Positions 1 through 11,326 are shown, numbered from the stretch's first letter. The stretch is 64,000 bases of DNA from Bugula neritina (GCA_964035545.1 OZ037772.1:9107150-9171149), one strand, 5' to 3'. Made by a program: numbers and translations. The notes: generated by a model not told the origin, from the sequence alone.

Positions 1-375
1 TTATGATTGGATGTAATATTGTCAGTGGTCTCCAAAAAATGCATTAATAAAATTTTGTATTTTATCTTCAGCATCAAAGACTTTTGATATAATTGTACAT
101 ATAATAAAAGATGGATTTGTTGCACTATATTATGTTAAAATTAAAATTAATACTTAACTCACTAGGAGACATCTTTTACATCAATTACTAATTGATACAT
201 ATCAATGTCAAAAGTACAAAGTGACATAAATTGTTCTAGCTAAACTCTCTGAATTATTTATGGTATTTGGAAGAATAAAACAACCGGCCCAAGTGCACAA
301 ACTTCACAAACTAGTAAATTTTTATCAAAATCGCTTGAAGATTTTCTGCCAACTAACTATTAGAAGCATGCATAT

Positions 376-763
376 TGTGATAGTTTTGTGGGTTATGAAT
401 GAAACTAGTGCTTTACATGCTTGTTATGAGAAACAAGGCGAGAAATAAGGTAGAAGATAAGATAGCTTTATTGTAGTCCGAGTGATCCAATAATCTGTAT
501 CCAGCGAGCTCCAGTAGTAGACTGAATCTACACTGAAACTCGCTGGCTTTTATATACATGCAGGACAAAGACATTCCTTTGTTTGCCGAGATCGGAGGCC
601 TGAAATGCCGAATATCGGCACCTCGGGAATCCGAAATGCCAAATTTGGCATCTCGGCACTTCGGTATTCCGATATGCCCAGAATCGGCATATCGGTGTTT
701 CAGAGGACCGAAGTGCCGATCTCGGCAACAAAGGACACACACACGCAACATAAATTTACCACA
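376..763 (-). repeat. 3' LTR (388 bp)
   Basis: TGTGATAG...TTACCACA; about 8 substitutions versus 7830-8217 by eye. Minus-strand TATA-like TATATAAAAG at ~547-556 and AATAAA at 467-472. Confidence 0.96.
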
Positions 764-775
764 CACACCCCCCAT
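764..775 (-). promoter_or_regulatory. Polypurine tract (G-rich)
   Basis: ATGGGGGGTGTG on the minus strand immediately before the 3' LTR. Confidence 0.7.
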
Positions 776-1044
776 CGGAAAGCATGCTTTCCGATAAAGA
801 GGCGTACACAACATCAAACACACAACAGGAATGACACGACAATAAAACACACAGTTGATAGGTAACATACAAAAAAACAATTACGGTAGCCATGCAGTGA
901 TAATAATAAAAAAAACAAGGAAAATTGTGCACACATAAGAAAAACGGAGCATGGATAAGTACATAACATTACATGAAAGAATTTACATACACATAAAAAA
1001 ACAAAGAAATAAGAACAGGAAAAAAAAACAATATACAAACAGTC

Positions 1045-2757
1045 TCATTGGCGGTCCCCAGATCGGCCCTGCTCCAGGCGGCTTACACGTCTCCTGAGTT
1101 GCCCCAACTCCTCCTCATACCTGCGGAGCCGCCGGCGTAGGTGTTGTACTTCTTCCGCCAACTGGGCCGACGTCTGGTGTCTGGGGCGGTCGGTGGTACC
1201 ATGGCTGGGACGTCGCTGGCGGTACGTCTGCTTCTCGCCCGCCGCCGAGGGCCGGGGGCCCAGGTCCGATGAATCGGTCCTGGCGCCTAGTCCGACCCGT
1301 GCCAGCACGACCCGAAGTGGCTGGGTGGCTGCCGGTTGGGGTGTCGCGGCGGGCTCTCCTTCTTCCTCACGAACAGGCCTACACGCTGGGAATCCCAGAG
1401 CGAGAGCAGCCCGTTTATGGGGATCTGCCACGTGTGGCAATATCAGGTTCCGAAACTCGGGAAAAGAGGCCTGGTCTACAGCGAACGTGTAGCCCGTGTG
1501 GCAGTGAGCTATGCGTTGATGTCTCAACACATAGTCTCTCTAGTAAGAGAATTCGCCACACGGGCAAAACACGTTGATGTAGTGCTGTGGGGCGTGTACA
1601 CGTAACCGCCGTGCAGAGGAGAACTTCCTCTTGCACTGATGGCAGATGCGGTTGCCCGGCTCACCGCAAGCTTCACCAATCTTAAGATTGGTGGGTCCAG
1701 TCACCCAATACTGGCGGGCGACCAGGGCCCGAGGCAGGGCCAGTATTGGGGAGTCATCTTCTTCGGCTGTCAGGTGGTCGCCGTGTAGGATGCCCGGCTG
1801 CTCCCCGGCCATGAGCTGAAGCTCGACCGGTTTGGGGTCAGGGCCACTAACGATGGTGGAACACACCTCTGTGGAGGAGGTGGCGGCCTGCTGGCTGTGA
1901 GAAGCCGAAGCAGGGGCCAGTGGGAGAGGGGAGTCGGACTGACTGGCCTCCTCAATGTCCATACGCTCCTCTAGAACAGATAGTAGAGGCTGTGATAAGC
2001 CGGTCTCACTATCGCCGAAATTCGGCACAGGTGTGTATGGAGTTAAATTAAAAACCGGGGGCCGAGGTGTATCGCAGAAATTGACTGAGCCCACGTCATG
2101 ATTCAACAAAGTATCAATGGCAGAGTCATCTCCGAGATCCATCTCGGCCTCCGGTTCTAAGAAATCAGAACCCAGTAAGTCTAATAAAGACCAGTCTACT
2201 CTAGTTTGACTAGACTTTGTAACTGGAGGATCTAATCTAGAAGAAATACCTGATTGCGTGTCTGGTAAAGTAATTCCCATAGCTGCTGATAGCGTCTGGA
2301 GAACAGTATTTAAATCAAACTTAGTATCAGAATCAGAATTCAACTTAAGCTGTAACTGACGTGCGAGCTGTGTGAAATCAGAACTAGAAATGGCCGAACC
2401 TCGTGCTTCAGAAGTATTACCTGCCAAAGCCCAAGTCACGTGGCCCGTGGGAATTTCCCCCGGATTTCGAAAAGACAACTCGCGTGATCGAGTGTCTTCC
2501 GAAATTCGGTCGGCCGTTTCTTCTTCTTGGTGAAATTCTCCGGGGTGATGGAGGGAATTTTCAACCAAGATGGGGTGGTCGTCAGTACGGGGGGGGGGGG
2601 GGGGGTTGTCCTCGTGAGGGGGCCACTCCAGGTGCCCTTCAGCATAGTCTGCCAGATACCTGGGGGGTCTTCTTGATCGCTGGCTCCTCTCAATTGGAAC
2701 AGGCACCGGTGGTGTTGGTGGCTCCTGGGCTGCCCTAGTAGGGGGTCCCGCCTTCAC
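1045..2757 (-). CDS. Extra ORF or long integrase tail: low-complexity region, two C2H2-like zinc fingers and a C-terminal coiled coil (one in-frame TAG at 1540-1542)
   Basis: ORFs 2757-1540 and 1530-1045 are in the same frame. CHQCKRKFSSARRLRVHAPQH fits C-x2-C-x12-H-x3-H; CPCGEFSY*RDYVLRHQRIAH is a second finger. Heptad repeat LAEEVQHLRRRLRRYEEELGQLRRRVSRLEQ. Confidence 0.7.
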
Positions 2758-4169
2758 CCAGCATGGGGGTGGGGGTGTCCTCCCCCAGGGAGGGTGGTGG
2801 TCCTAGGGCTTGCTGCCGTTCCTGTTCCCGCTCCTCTCTCTGCTGTCGCTCCAGCTGCTCTATCAAGGCGGCCTGCTCCTGATCCGCCTCTCTAGGAACT
2901 ATAATTTCCACCTCTCGGGGCTGGGTGGTCCGTCCTCGACGGTTGGGCTGGCGGTGGGGCTCCAGGAGGGGTGGAGCCTGACCCACAGCGTCTGGGCTGG
3001 CATGATAAAGTTTGAGGCGCTGCTCACTCTGGACGGAGATCTGTCCAGAGCGCTCCACACGGTACGTGTGGTTGGGCAGCACCTCCACTACGCAGTAGGG
3101 ACCGACGAATTTGGACTGAAGCTTAGCCGACTGTCCGCGTCGCCTACGGTAGCTCACCATCCAGACCCAGTCTCCCACCTGGTACAACGGGGGCTCCTCT
3201 GAGTCCTCTGTGCGGATCTGCCACTGCTAGGCGCGCAGCGCATCATGAGCCTTGCCCATGATGTCCATCAGACCCTCCACATATTCGTGTACCGGTGACT
3301 CGGAGGCAGGAACATGGTATGTCAGGTGTTCCGGGACCGGCGTCTCTCGGCCTAGCATCAGGAAGTTTGGGGTCTCCTGCGTGGCGGAGTGCGGTGTGCT
3401 GCGGTAGGCCCGCATGATTTGCGGCAGCACCACGTCCCATTCTTCCTGACCTCAACCAAGGAGCAGGCTCCTGAGGGCGTCACCCAACATCCTGTTGTTC
3501 CGCTCGACGACTCCGTTCCCTTGCGGGTGATATGGGGTGGTCCGACTCTGGTTCACCCCCCATATTTGGCAGAGGTCTCCCATGAGCTGGGACTGGAACT
3601 GGGCGCCCTGGTCTGTATGTATCTGCTCAGGTAAACCGAGGTAACAGAACACATGTTGGTCCAGGGTCCGGGCCACCGTGGGGGCGGTTGCGTCTGGAAT
3701 AGCCAGAGCATCCGCCCACCGGGTAAAGTGGTCCGTGAGCACCAGTATCCAGGTGTTCCCTCTGGCGGATAAGCCCGACGAGGTCTACCGCCACTACTTG
3801 CCACGGTCGACCAGCGTACAGCCGGCGTCGACCAGTGGTTTCCGTGGGGCGGCCATGCTTGCTAGCTTGGCAGACCTCGCATTGCCGTACCCGCAGTCGT
3901 ACGTCCCGAGTCATTCCGGGCCAATACCAACGCAGCCGCAGACACCTGATGACTCGACTGACTCCAGAATGAGCCTGCTTATGGGTGTCCCAGATCAGTT
4001 CCCGCCGGAGGGCCCGTGGACAGACGACGCGGTCCCTTGCTTGCTGGCGGTTGTCTGCTGCTAACGTTATCATCAGGAGGCCATCAGGACTAACCTTGAG
4101 GGCGTCCCAGTGACGACAGAGGAGTTGGAACTCAACGTCTCCCTGCCGCTGCTGTTCCTTGCTCGGTCG
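2735..4169 (-). pseudogene. pol: pol: integrase (HHCC, DDE, GPY/F), split by frameshifts and a stop
   Basis: THKQAHSG...CEVCQ; VAVDLVG / IHTDQGAQF / NGVVERNN; KFVGPYCV. Spread over ORFs 3627-4073, 3452-3742, 3227-3433 and 2735-3187. Confidence 0.92.
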
Positions 4170-5891
4170 TCAGCCCTCCTTCTTGGCCCGGAAGATGTCC
4201 GCTACCGCGCCGGGTAGCGTCTCCTGGAGTCGGCACAGCTCCTTGACGTTCTGGTGCAGAGTAGGGTTGGCGTGGAGCGCCTGGACACCGTCCTGGTGGG
4301 TTTCGGTCCGAAGATGGCCGTGCTCCCACAGGTAGGCGGTGCCCTCCACTAGCTCCGCTTCCACGTCAAGGCGAGCGGGTCCCCCGTCCCGCTGCTCAAT
4401 GTGCAGGCATTGCTTACAGTCCTCTACCGGCCGGCGGCTCATGCTGTCGGCGTTCCCATGCTTCCGGCCTGCAGGGTGCTCTCTCTGGTAGGAAAACTCA
4501 GCAAGAATCTCTAGCCAACGAGCCACCTGGCTTGAGGGCTCTGCACATTTACACAGCCATATCAGTGATGCATGGTCTGTTCGCAAACGGAACGATTTCC
4601 CATACAGATATGGCCGAAAGTGCTTGACCGCCTTGACTACTGCTAGGAGTTCCTTCCTAGTGGTGCAGTAGTTCTTCTCGGCGGCCGCGAGAGTCTTGCT
4701 ATAGTAAGCCACAACCACCTCACTTCCACCCTGGACTTGAGACAGGACGGCTCCCACGCTGTGGTCGCTGGCGTCGGTGTCCAGGATGTACTCCTTGGCT
4801 GGATCAGGATACGCCAGGATTGGCGCTTCCATTAGCCGTTGCTTGAGGTGGTCGAATGCCTGCTGCTCCTCCTGTGTCCACTGCCACCGGACTCCCTTTT
4901 CGGTCAGCCGATTTAACGGCTGAGCCACTCCTGCGAAACCAGGTATGTACTGCCGGTAGTACCCTACTAGGCCCAGGAATGCACGCAACTCAGGGAGGTC
5001 ACGGGGGACAGTCCACTCCTTCACAGCTTGTACCTTCTCTGGATCGGTAGCGACCCCATCACGGCCAGCCACATGGCCCAGGTACGTGACTTCTGGCTGC
5101 AAGAGTGCGCACTTGGAGGGCTTCAGCTTCAGTCCAGCTGCCCGGAGACGGTCAAAGACCTCCCGCAGAGGACTGACATGAGTCGAAAAGTCTGGGGAGA
5201 TGACAATGACATCGTCCAGATAGTTGAGGAGGGTCTTCCAGTGTAACCCACTGAGGACTTGCTCCATGAGCCGTTGGAAGGTTGCCGGAGCGGACGTTAG
5301 TCCGAATGGCAGTACTTTCCACTTCCAGAGCCCGTCGCGAGTAATGAATGCTGCTTTGTCCTGGGCATCAGGACTGAGGGGCACTTGCCAGTACCCGCTA
5401 AGCAGATCCAAAGTACTGAAGTACTTGCTACCCACGAGGGCATCTAGAGACTTATCTATCCGTGAGAGAGGGTAGGCGTCCTGGATGGTAACGCTGTTGA
5501 GTCTGCGGTAGTCCACGCAGAATCTCCAGCTACCATCCTTCTTCTTGACCAGGACCACTGGGGAGCTCCACGCACCGTGGGCAGGCTCAATCAGATCCCG
5601 GTCCAGAAGATCCTGTACCTGTCGGCTCACCTTCTTCTCCTTCTCCGGGCCTAGACGTCGGGTAGGCTGCCTGATGGGAGTGGTGCCGGCTGCCAGAGGT
5701 ATTTCGTGGGAGATAACCTTAGTCAGCCCCATGTCTCCATCGCCACGACTGAAGACATCACTGTACTCCGCGAGTAGTTGAGCCAGTACTTGGCGTTCAG
5801 TACTACTCGTACAGTTTCCGCATGCTCCACCATACAGGTCAGCCAGGTGCTCCGGGACTGCTCCTCGTCTGGTGTGAGGGAGGACCCACAT
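4170..5891 (-). pseudogene. pol: pol: reverse transcriptase + RNase H
   Basis: WSSPVVLVKKKDGSWRFCVDYRRLN, LPFGLTSAPATFQRLM, YLDD; RNase H motifs LDTDASD, KELLAVV, TDHASL, NADSMSR. Confidence 0.96.
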
Positions 5892-5970
5892 CCGCCTCCT
5901 GGATGGAGTGGTACTTCCCCACCAGCGCTCCGGCCGATAATCGGACAGGTTCCGTGAAGGGGTTGATGCA

Positions 5971-6897
5971 CTACACGAGGAGCTCTTGCCGACAATCTAG
6001 CCGATTCAGGCTGTTCGCTAGTCGGATGGCTCCGTGCGTTCCCTCAACCATCCCCAGGCCGGCGATCCCCTTGCAGTTGACTCTGCAGCGGAGAGTCGCC
6101 TGGGATCTCCCCGAAACCGTGCAGTCCCGCACTACCTGGACTCCGCCCACCAAGGGCCTGCCAAACTTGTCAACACAGACAAGTTCCTTCCCAGCCATCA
6201 CCACCACTGACTTCTGGAAATCCATGTGACACTGGTGTTTCTCCAGAAAGGGCATTCCCAAGATGGCGTCCTCCTTCAGCTGGCTGACTATGAACGTCTC
6301 GTGAATTGCTTGATCACGGACGCGTCCAGGCAGTGAGATGACGCCGTAGAAAGGGATGCATGATCTGTCCGCCAACGTACCATGCGCACCTTCATACGGC
6401 TCGAGGCTCACCCGCTCTCGAGCACCAAGAGTGTCAAAGAGACGCCTACTCAGCAGGTTGGTAGTGCACCCAGTATCCAGTAGGAATGTGGCAGCTTTAC
6501 CCGAAATCTTTCCGGGCAAGAAGTAGCTGCTTCCGTATGGCTGGGTGCTCCTGGAGCGGTCAGTCTCTGGGGGAGACACAACTTGGGTTCGCACAGCGGG
6601 CCTCCTCTTCGTCTTAGAGACAACGGGGGTTTTCTGAGGTTGGGAGGGTAGCTTGGGGTACTCTTGCGAGTAAGCTGAATCCTCCTCCACAACCTCCTCG
6701 GGCAACCCCGCGAACCGGTTACGGAGTGGCCAGGCTGGAGGATCGGGTAGACCTTGCGGTCTTCGAGATCTCCGGTTTGCTTGCCACTCGATGTAGGTCG
6801 ACTCTGGAGAGGTCTCTTCTGTTGTCCTCCGAGTCCTATCCCGGACCGGATTGGCGTGGGGCCCACGGGTGGCGGAATTCACCGTGAGCCTCGAGTG
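5971..6897 (-). pseudogene. pol: pol N-terminal part: retropepsin aspartic protease
   Basis: FLLDTGCTTNLLS catalytic motif and DAILGMPFL. In the -1 frame relative to gag. Premature TAG at 5971-5973. Confidence 0.9.
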
Positions 6898-6903
6898 TTT
6901 AAA
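6860..6903 (-). promoter_or_regulatory. -1 programmed ribosomal frameshift signal
   Basis: T TTA AAC heptamer in the gag frame (6903-6897), 6-nt spacer, then stem GGCTCACGG/CCGTGGGCC. The -1 frame is the protease ORF. Confidence 0.8.
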
Positions 6904-7778
6904 GGCTTCTGTCCCTTAGGGCAGTGCCTTCTCACATGTCCTGGCATCCCGCACTCCCAACAGGTGGACAGAGGGGGGCGGACAGGGTCGTCCCGCGAGC
7001 GGGGAGCCCGCCTGTTCGTCTGGTTGCGCTGCAACTCCGTCACCATAGTCTGCAGGCCTTTCATCATGCTCATCAGCATGTTGAGCTGTGTCTGCTCAGG
7101 CGACGGAGTGGCTGCTGCTGCCACTTGTGGGCTTGGGGGTACCTCTTGTGTATCTCCGGCCACCTGGCGAGCTGCGTAGTTCGCCTTCCGTGGTTCTTCT
7201 ACTTGGAAGTAGGCCTTCCCCATCTCTAGTGCCTCTTCCAGGCTCTTGACCTTGGCGGCCAGCCAGTACCGCTGGAGGTCTGGGTGGTTCACGCTCTGGA
7301 AGAACGCGTTAAAAACGAGGCGCTTCCAATCTTCGCCAGTGGCGTGACCGAAAGCAGCCTGAGCCAGGCGCTCTACCTCGTTAGCGTGATCTTCCAGAGG
7401 TGTCCTTCGGTCTCTCCTCATCACTTGTAGCTGGTCTGACGCCTCTTCCGTGGTCAGACCGAACCGGGCCCTAAGAGCCCGCATGATGTGGGCTTCGTCG
7501 GGTCCCAGTGCGAAGTTCCTGGCCCGGCCTGTCAGACAGGCCCGGAGTTGGAGGACGCGCACCCGTACTGGCCATTCAGCGGCGGTGGCCACGTCCTCGA
7601 ACTCCTTGATGAATTGTTCCATGTCTCCATCTCCTCCGAAAGTCGGGGGCTAGAGGCGATACCTGTCACCAGGTGGTGCCTGTCCTTGCCCCCGCAATCC
7701 TTGGAGGGCTGTGACCAGCGCCTCAACAGTGAGGGCTGGTGGTGCTGCTGCCTCAGGGGCTGGGTCCCCTGGGGCCAT
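6879..7778 (-). pseudogene. gag: gag with CCHC zinc knuckle; 5' part broken by a 1-nt frameshift and a TAG
   Basis: ORF 7622-6879 ends with CWECGMPGHVRRHC. The likely true start is ATG 7778 (MAPGDPAPEAAAPP...), which joins ...RYRL*PPTFGGDGDMEQF only through a frameshift near 7690 and a stop at ~7650. Confidence 0.85.
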
Positions 7779-7808
7779 CCTATTCCTCTCAGCAACTAGC
7801 TATTCGTA

Positions 7809-7828
7809 GAATCCCACCGCTGCCACCA
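7809..7828 (-). promoter_or_regulatory. Primer-binding site complementary to the tRNA-Leu 3' end
   Basis: Minus strand reads TGGTGGCAGCGGTGGGATTC, 1 nt from the 5' LTR. The plus strand GAATCCCACCGCTGCCACCA matches the 3' end plus CCA of metazoan tRNA-Leu(AAG-type) as I recall it. Confidence 0.88.
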
Positions 7829-7829
7829 A

Positions 7830-8217
7830 TGTGATAGTTTTGTGGGTTATGAATGAAACTAGTGGTTTACATGCTTGTTATGAGAAACAAGGCGAGAAAT
7901 AAGGTAGAAGATAAGATAGCTTTATTGTAGTCCGAGTGATCCAATAGTCTGTATCCAGCGAGCTCCAGTAGTAGACTGAATCTACACTGAAACTCGCTGG
8001 CTTTTATATACATGCAGGACAAAGACATTCCTTTGTTTGCCGAGATCGGAGGCCCGAAATGCCGAATATCGGCACCTCGGGAATCTGAAATGCCGAATTT
8101 GGCATCTCGGCACTTCGGTATTCCGATATGCCGAGAATCGGCATATCGGTGTTTCGGAGGACCGAAGTGCCGATCTCGGCAACAAAGGACACACACACAC
8201 AACATAAATTTACCACA
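7830..8217 (-). repeat. 5' LTR (388 bp)
   Basis: Near-identical copy of 376-763, adjacent to the PBS. Confidence 0.96.
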
Positions 8218-8240
8218 ATATTTTAGTTTACTTTATTAAG

Positions 8241-10322
8241 GAATATACATGACTCAGTTTTCTTTAAAAGAAGCTAGCTCACTCTGTTATCAAACTCTAG
8301 ATGTAACTGATGTAGCTGGTGGACCCTCCAGCCAGATTGCTAAGACCTTGACCACAGAGAATGATGACAGTATCGAGCTAGACTTGGATTACTATCTGAC
8401 CAATGTCCCTTTGCCAGATTACCAGAGACAGCTAGACAGCATTGCTCAGAAGCTTAAACAGTAATTATATATATAAATATCTTTTACTAGAAACATTTTG
8501 AATCTTATGGTACCTATATACTTATATTATATAAACGTAAAGCAGTTAATCTAACAAAAGTTTAAAGATCTTCTGGGTCTAGGCCAAGAAAATTCGCATT
8601 TTAGTAAGTTTTCTTTTTGTATAAGATGCTCTTAAAATGTCTGTAATTTCCTAACCTAATTACTGTAGCGAAATCAATAATCACCTGACCATAAAAACTA
8701 AAAGGATGCTTTTCATTATTTTTCAAAACTCAATTTTATAATTTTGATTAGTAAGATTTCCTCAATGCAAGCACAACAAATTACTGTAGTGCAGACTTGT
8801 TTACCACACTTCTCTACCAGGAAAACAGTTGGTTAATAAAAAATAAATTATTTATGCTAATTTTTTTAACATAATTATAATTAAAAGGAACTTTTCTGGG
8901 TTTTAATTACTTTACCTTGATGTTTTTAGAGTGTGTAAGAAGTATGCTGTTGAACATTCTTCTACGGTAAAGGATCCCGATGACCCTAATCATGTGCTCT
9001 TACTGGGTGAAAATGTTGAGAATATTCCAGAAGAGGAGATAGTTTCAGTCACTAGTGGAACTTCTTTCACAGTCACAAGACAAACAACTGAAGACTTGCT
9101 ACTCACTGAAATGCTTTCTTTGACATTTGCACTGTCACTCGAAAAAAAGGAATGGGAAAACGAGCGTTGGGGTAGAAGTGAAGGGGCTTCTACTCAACTC
9201 TTGGTTCAGGCAAAAGAGAAAAGTAAAGAAAGGCCCAAACCAACCGGATCAGCATTTATTGTTGGCCCAGCTCACATGGTGCTGAGGAATGAAGCTGCTA
9301 GAACATTGTACGCTCAGGTCAACAAAAGCGCAGACGTTCGAATTGAGGTTGAAAGCAGAACAACTTGCAGCAGATATGCTATTCAAGTACGAGAAATGAA
9401 TGATGGGTTTGATTTGAAGCATCCTATTTTGTTCAGTTACCGGTACTGGTGCAGCACAGCGAATAATCCAAACTGCCGTTCTTGTAGACAGCTTGCTTCT
9501 AACCCTAGCCAAGCAGTCAGATTCTGTCAGCACATTTTACTCAATGACATTGTTTTCCTTCCTTTGAAAAAATCTACTGCCAGTGAACTTCATGAAAGAC
9601 TCCACCGTGAACTAAACCACAAGTTTGGGCCAATGGTTGATGTTAACACAACTGGACAGCTTGAGGCATTAAGCAAGAACGAGATGCCAATTGCAATTGG
9701 TGGGGCAGAAGGAAATCTCATTCCAATTATAAATGAACCAGATGAGCACAGCTTTGTGGGATATCATTTTCAGTTTACACTACGTTCCAGAGACCCTGCT
9801 ACAGGCTTCCTGCAGTTAGTATGAATTATGCTATTTAAATTCTTAGCCTGTTGAGAAATTTAAAACATTTGTTTATATTATAGTTTTATTTTTACGAAGT
9901 TAATAATCATCAATTAAGTTATGTTTGATTATGTAGTTAAATGAAAGCTCTGTAGCTGTAATCTAAACCATAGCCTGTACCAAAAAAGAAAACAGTGGAA
10001 TAGACAAAAGTGAGAATACAGCAGCCATATTTTTTTTAGATGTTCCTGTTTAAATATTCAGCAAATTAAAAAAAGCTGTGTAGAATTGATGACTTTTTTC
10101 TATTTCAGCACACTTGAAGCAGGTGACTGCGGAAAAATTCTTTTCTTCAAAGGAGGTCCCAAAAGTCAACCAGTTTACCACCCTTTAGGTGTGTTTATTG
10201 GCAAATCTAAAGCAGAAATCACCCGCCCTATTTACCAAGCTGTCATATTGAGTGCTGCCATTGAAGATGTGGGACGTGAATATAGACATCACGTCAGTGA
10301 CATTGAGATCTACAACCCTTGA
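8241..10322 (+). CDS. Last three coding exons (8241-8460, 8930-9814, 10109-10322) of a host gene; putative chymotrypsin-fold protease with GDCG motif; 5' exons lie upstream
   Basis: Canonical AG/GT boundaries with compatible phases (CA|A = Gln, CA|C = His). Motifs GSAFIVGPAHMV, LLNDIVFLPL and TLEAGDCGKILF...PLGVFIG occur in His-Asp-nucleophile order. Confidence 0.7.
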
Positions 10323-11326
10323 TTCATCACATTGATATCTACATTCTTAAATAAATTACATTTAGCTATACAACTCTTGATTATCTATGCAGACAGGTAT
10401 ATGCAATAAGTATTAACTGTAGCAGCTATAATGACACTTGTTACATTTTCTCTGCTTAACATTAAACACCAGATATATTTTATAGTATGTGCTAACAATG
10501 AAAATATAAAAAAAGATATTAATAATGTGGTTTTTGAGTACTTTTAAAAAACTTCTGGACTATTTTTAAATTTTGAATTTTTTTTTAATTGCCAAATTTT
10601 AGAATTAATTGGTGTTTTTAAAGATTACTAATTTTCTCTTTTATGTTATATGGTATTTTTGTGTATCTTTTTGAACGCATAAATTGAAAAAGTTTTACTA
10701 GGTACTTAATAAATGTTGAGTTGAGAGGCTGGAAAGAATTGCCAAAATTACTCTTGCAGATTATTTGGGAAAATATTTGTCAATATATTCTGTATTTAAC
10801 TTGGAAGCTATGAAGAATGATTTTAATCATATACTATAATTCTGAAGCTCAACCCTAGTTTCAATTCTTGACTTTTTTGATGTTGTAAATTAAAAACTAA
10901 ACATATATATATATTGGGAGGTACTATATTTTGATTGATACTTTAATACAAGTTAATAATTTAAAGCTTTGTAATTTTGGTCTCGGTGAATTGAAATCTT
11001 TCCCAAATAGCAACTTTAAATGTCTAATTATTTGAAAATCAGCCATAAATATAAAATAGGCAATAAAAAAAGTAAAAGAAAATGGAAAAATTTAGAGTGA
11101 CATTATATAGACTTAGATGTGAAGACAAATGACATGAGATTGAATAAGTTTTGAGTTTCACTCAGGCAAAGACAGAGACTTGATTCAGAAACTAGAGAAA
11201 TCAATCGAATGAGTATATTGATTACAAAGGGACACTTATATATGAGCATTGCTATGTAACGCCATGAACAGCTCAGCTGGTGCCTATAATAATAAATTGT
11301 ACTGCAACATCTACAAGTTGTACACA

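Larger units (their letters stand above)
376..8217 (-). mobile_element. Ty3/Gypsy LTR retrotransposon, full length, coding region decayed
   Basis: Two 388-bp direct repeats with TG...CA ends (376-763, 7830-8217). 4-bp TSD ATAT at 372-375 and 8218-8221. PBS and PPT next to the LTRs. Domain order gag-PR-RT-RNaseH-IN on the minus strand. GC-rich relative to the flanks. Confidence 0.97.

Noticed and set aside
413-880. ORFs within the LTRs (also 7867-8239)
   Set aside because: No recognisable motifs; they arise from GC-rich palindromic LTR sequence.
1045-2757. env gene
   Set aside because: No signal peptide, fusion peptide or transmembrane anchor visible; it has zinc-finger and coiled-coil motifs instead.
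1193-7799. Plus-strand ORFs antisense to gag/pol
   Set aside because: Expected shadow ORFs of GC-rich coding sequence, with no motifs.
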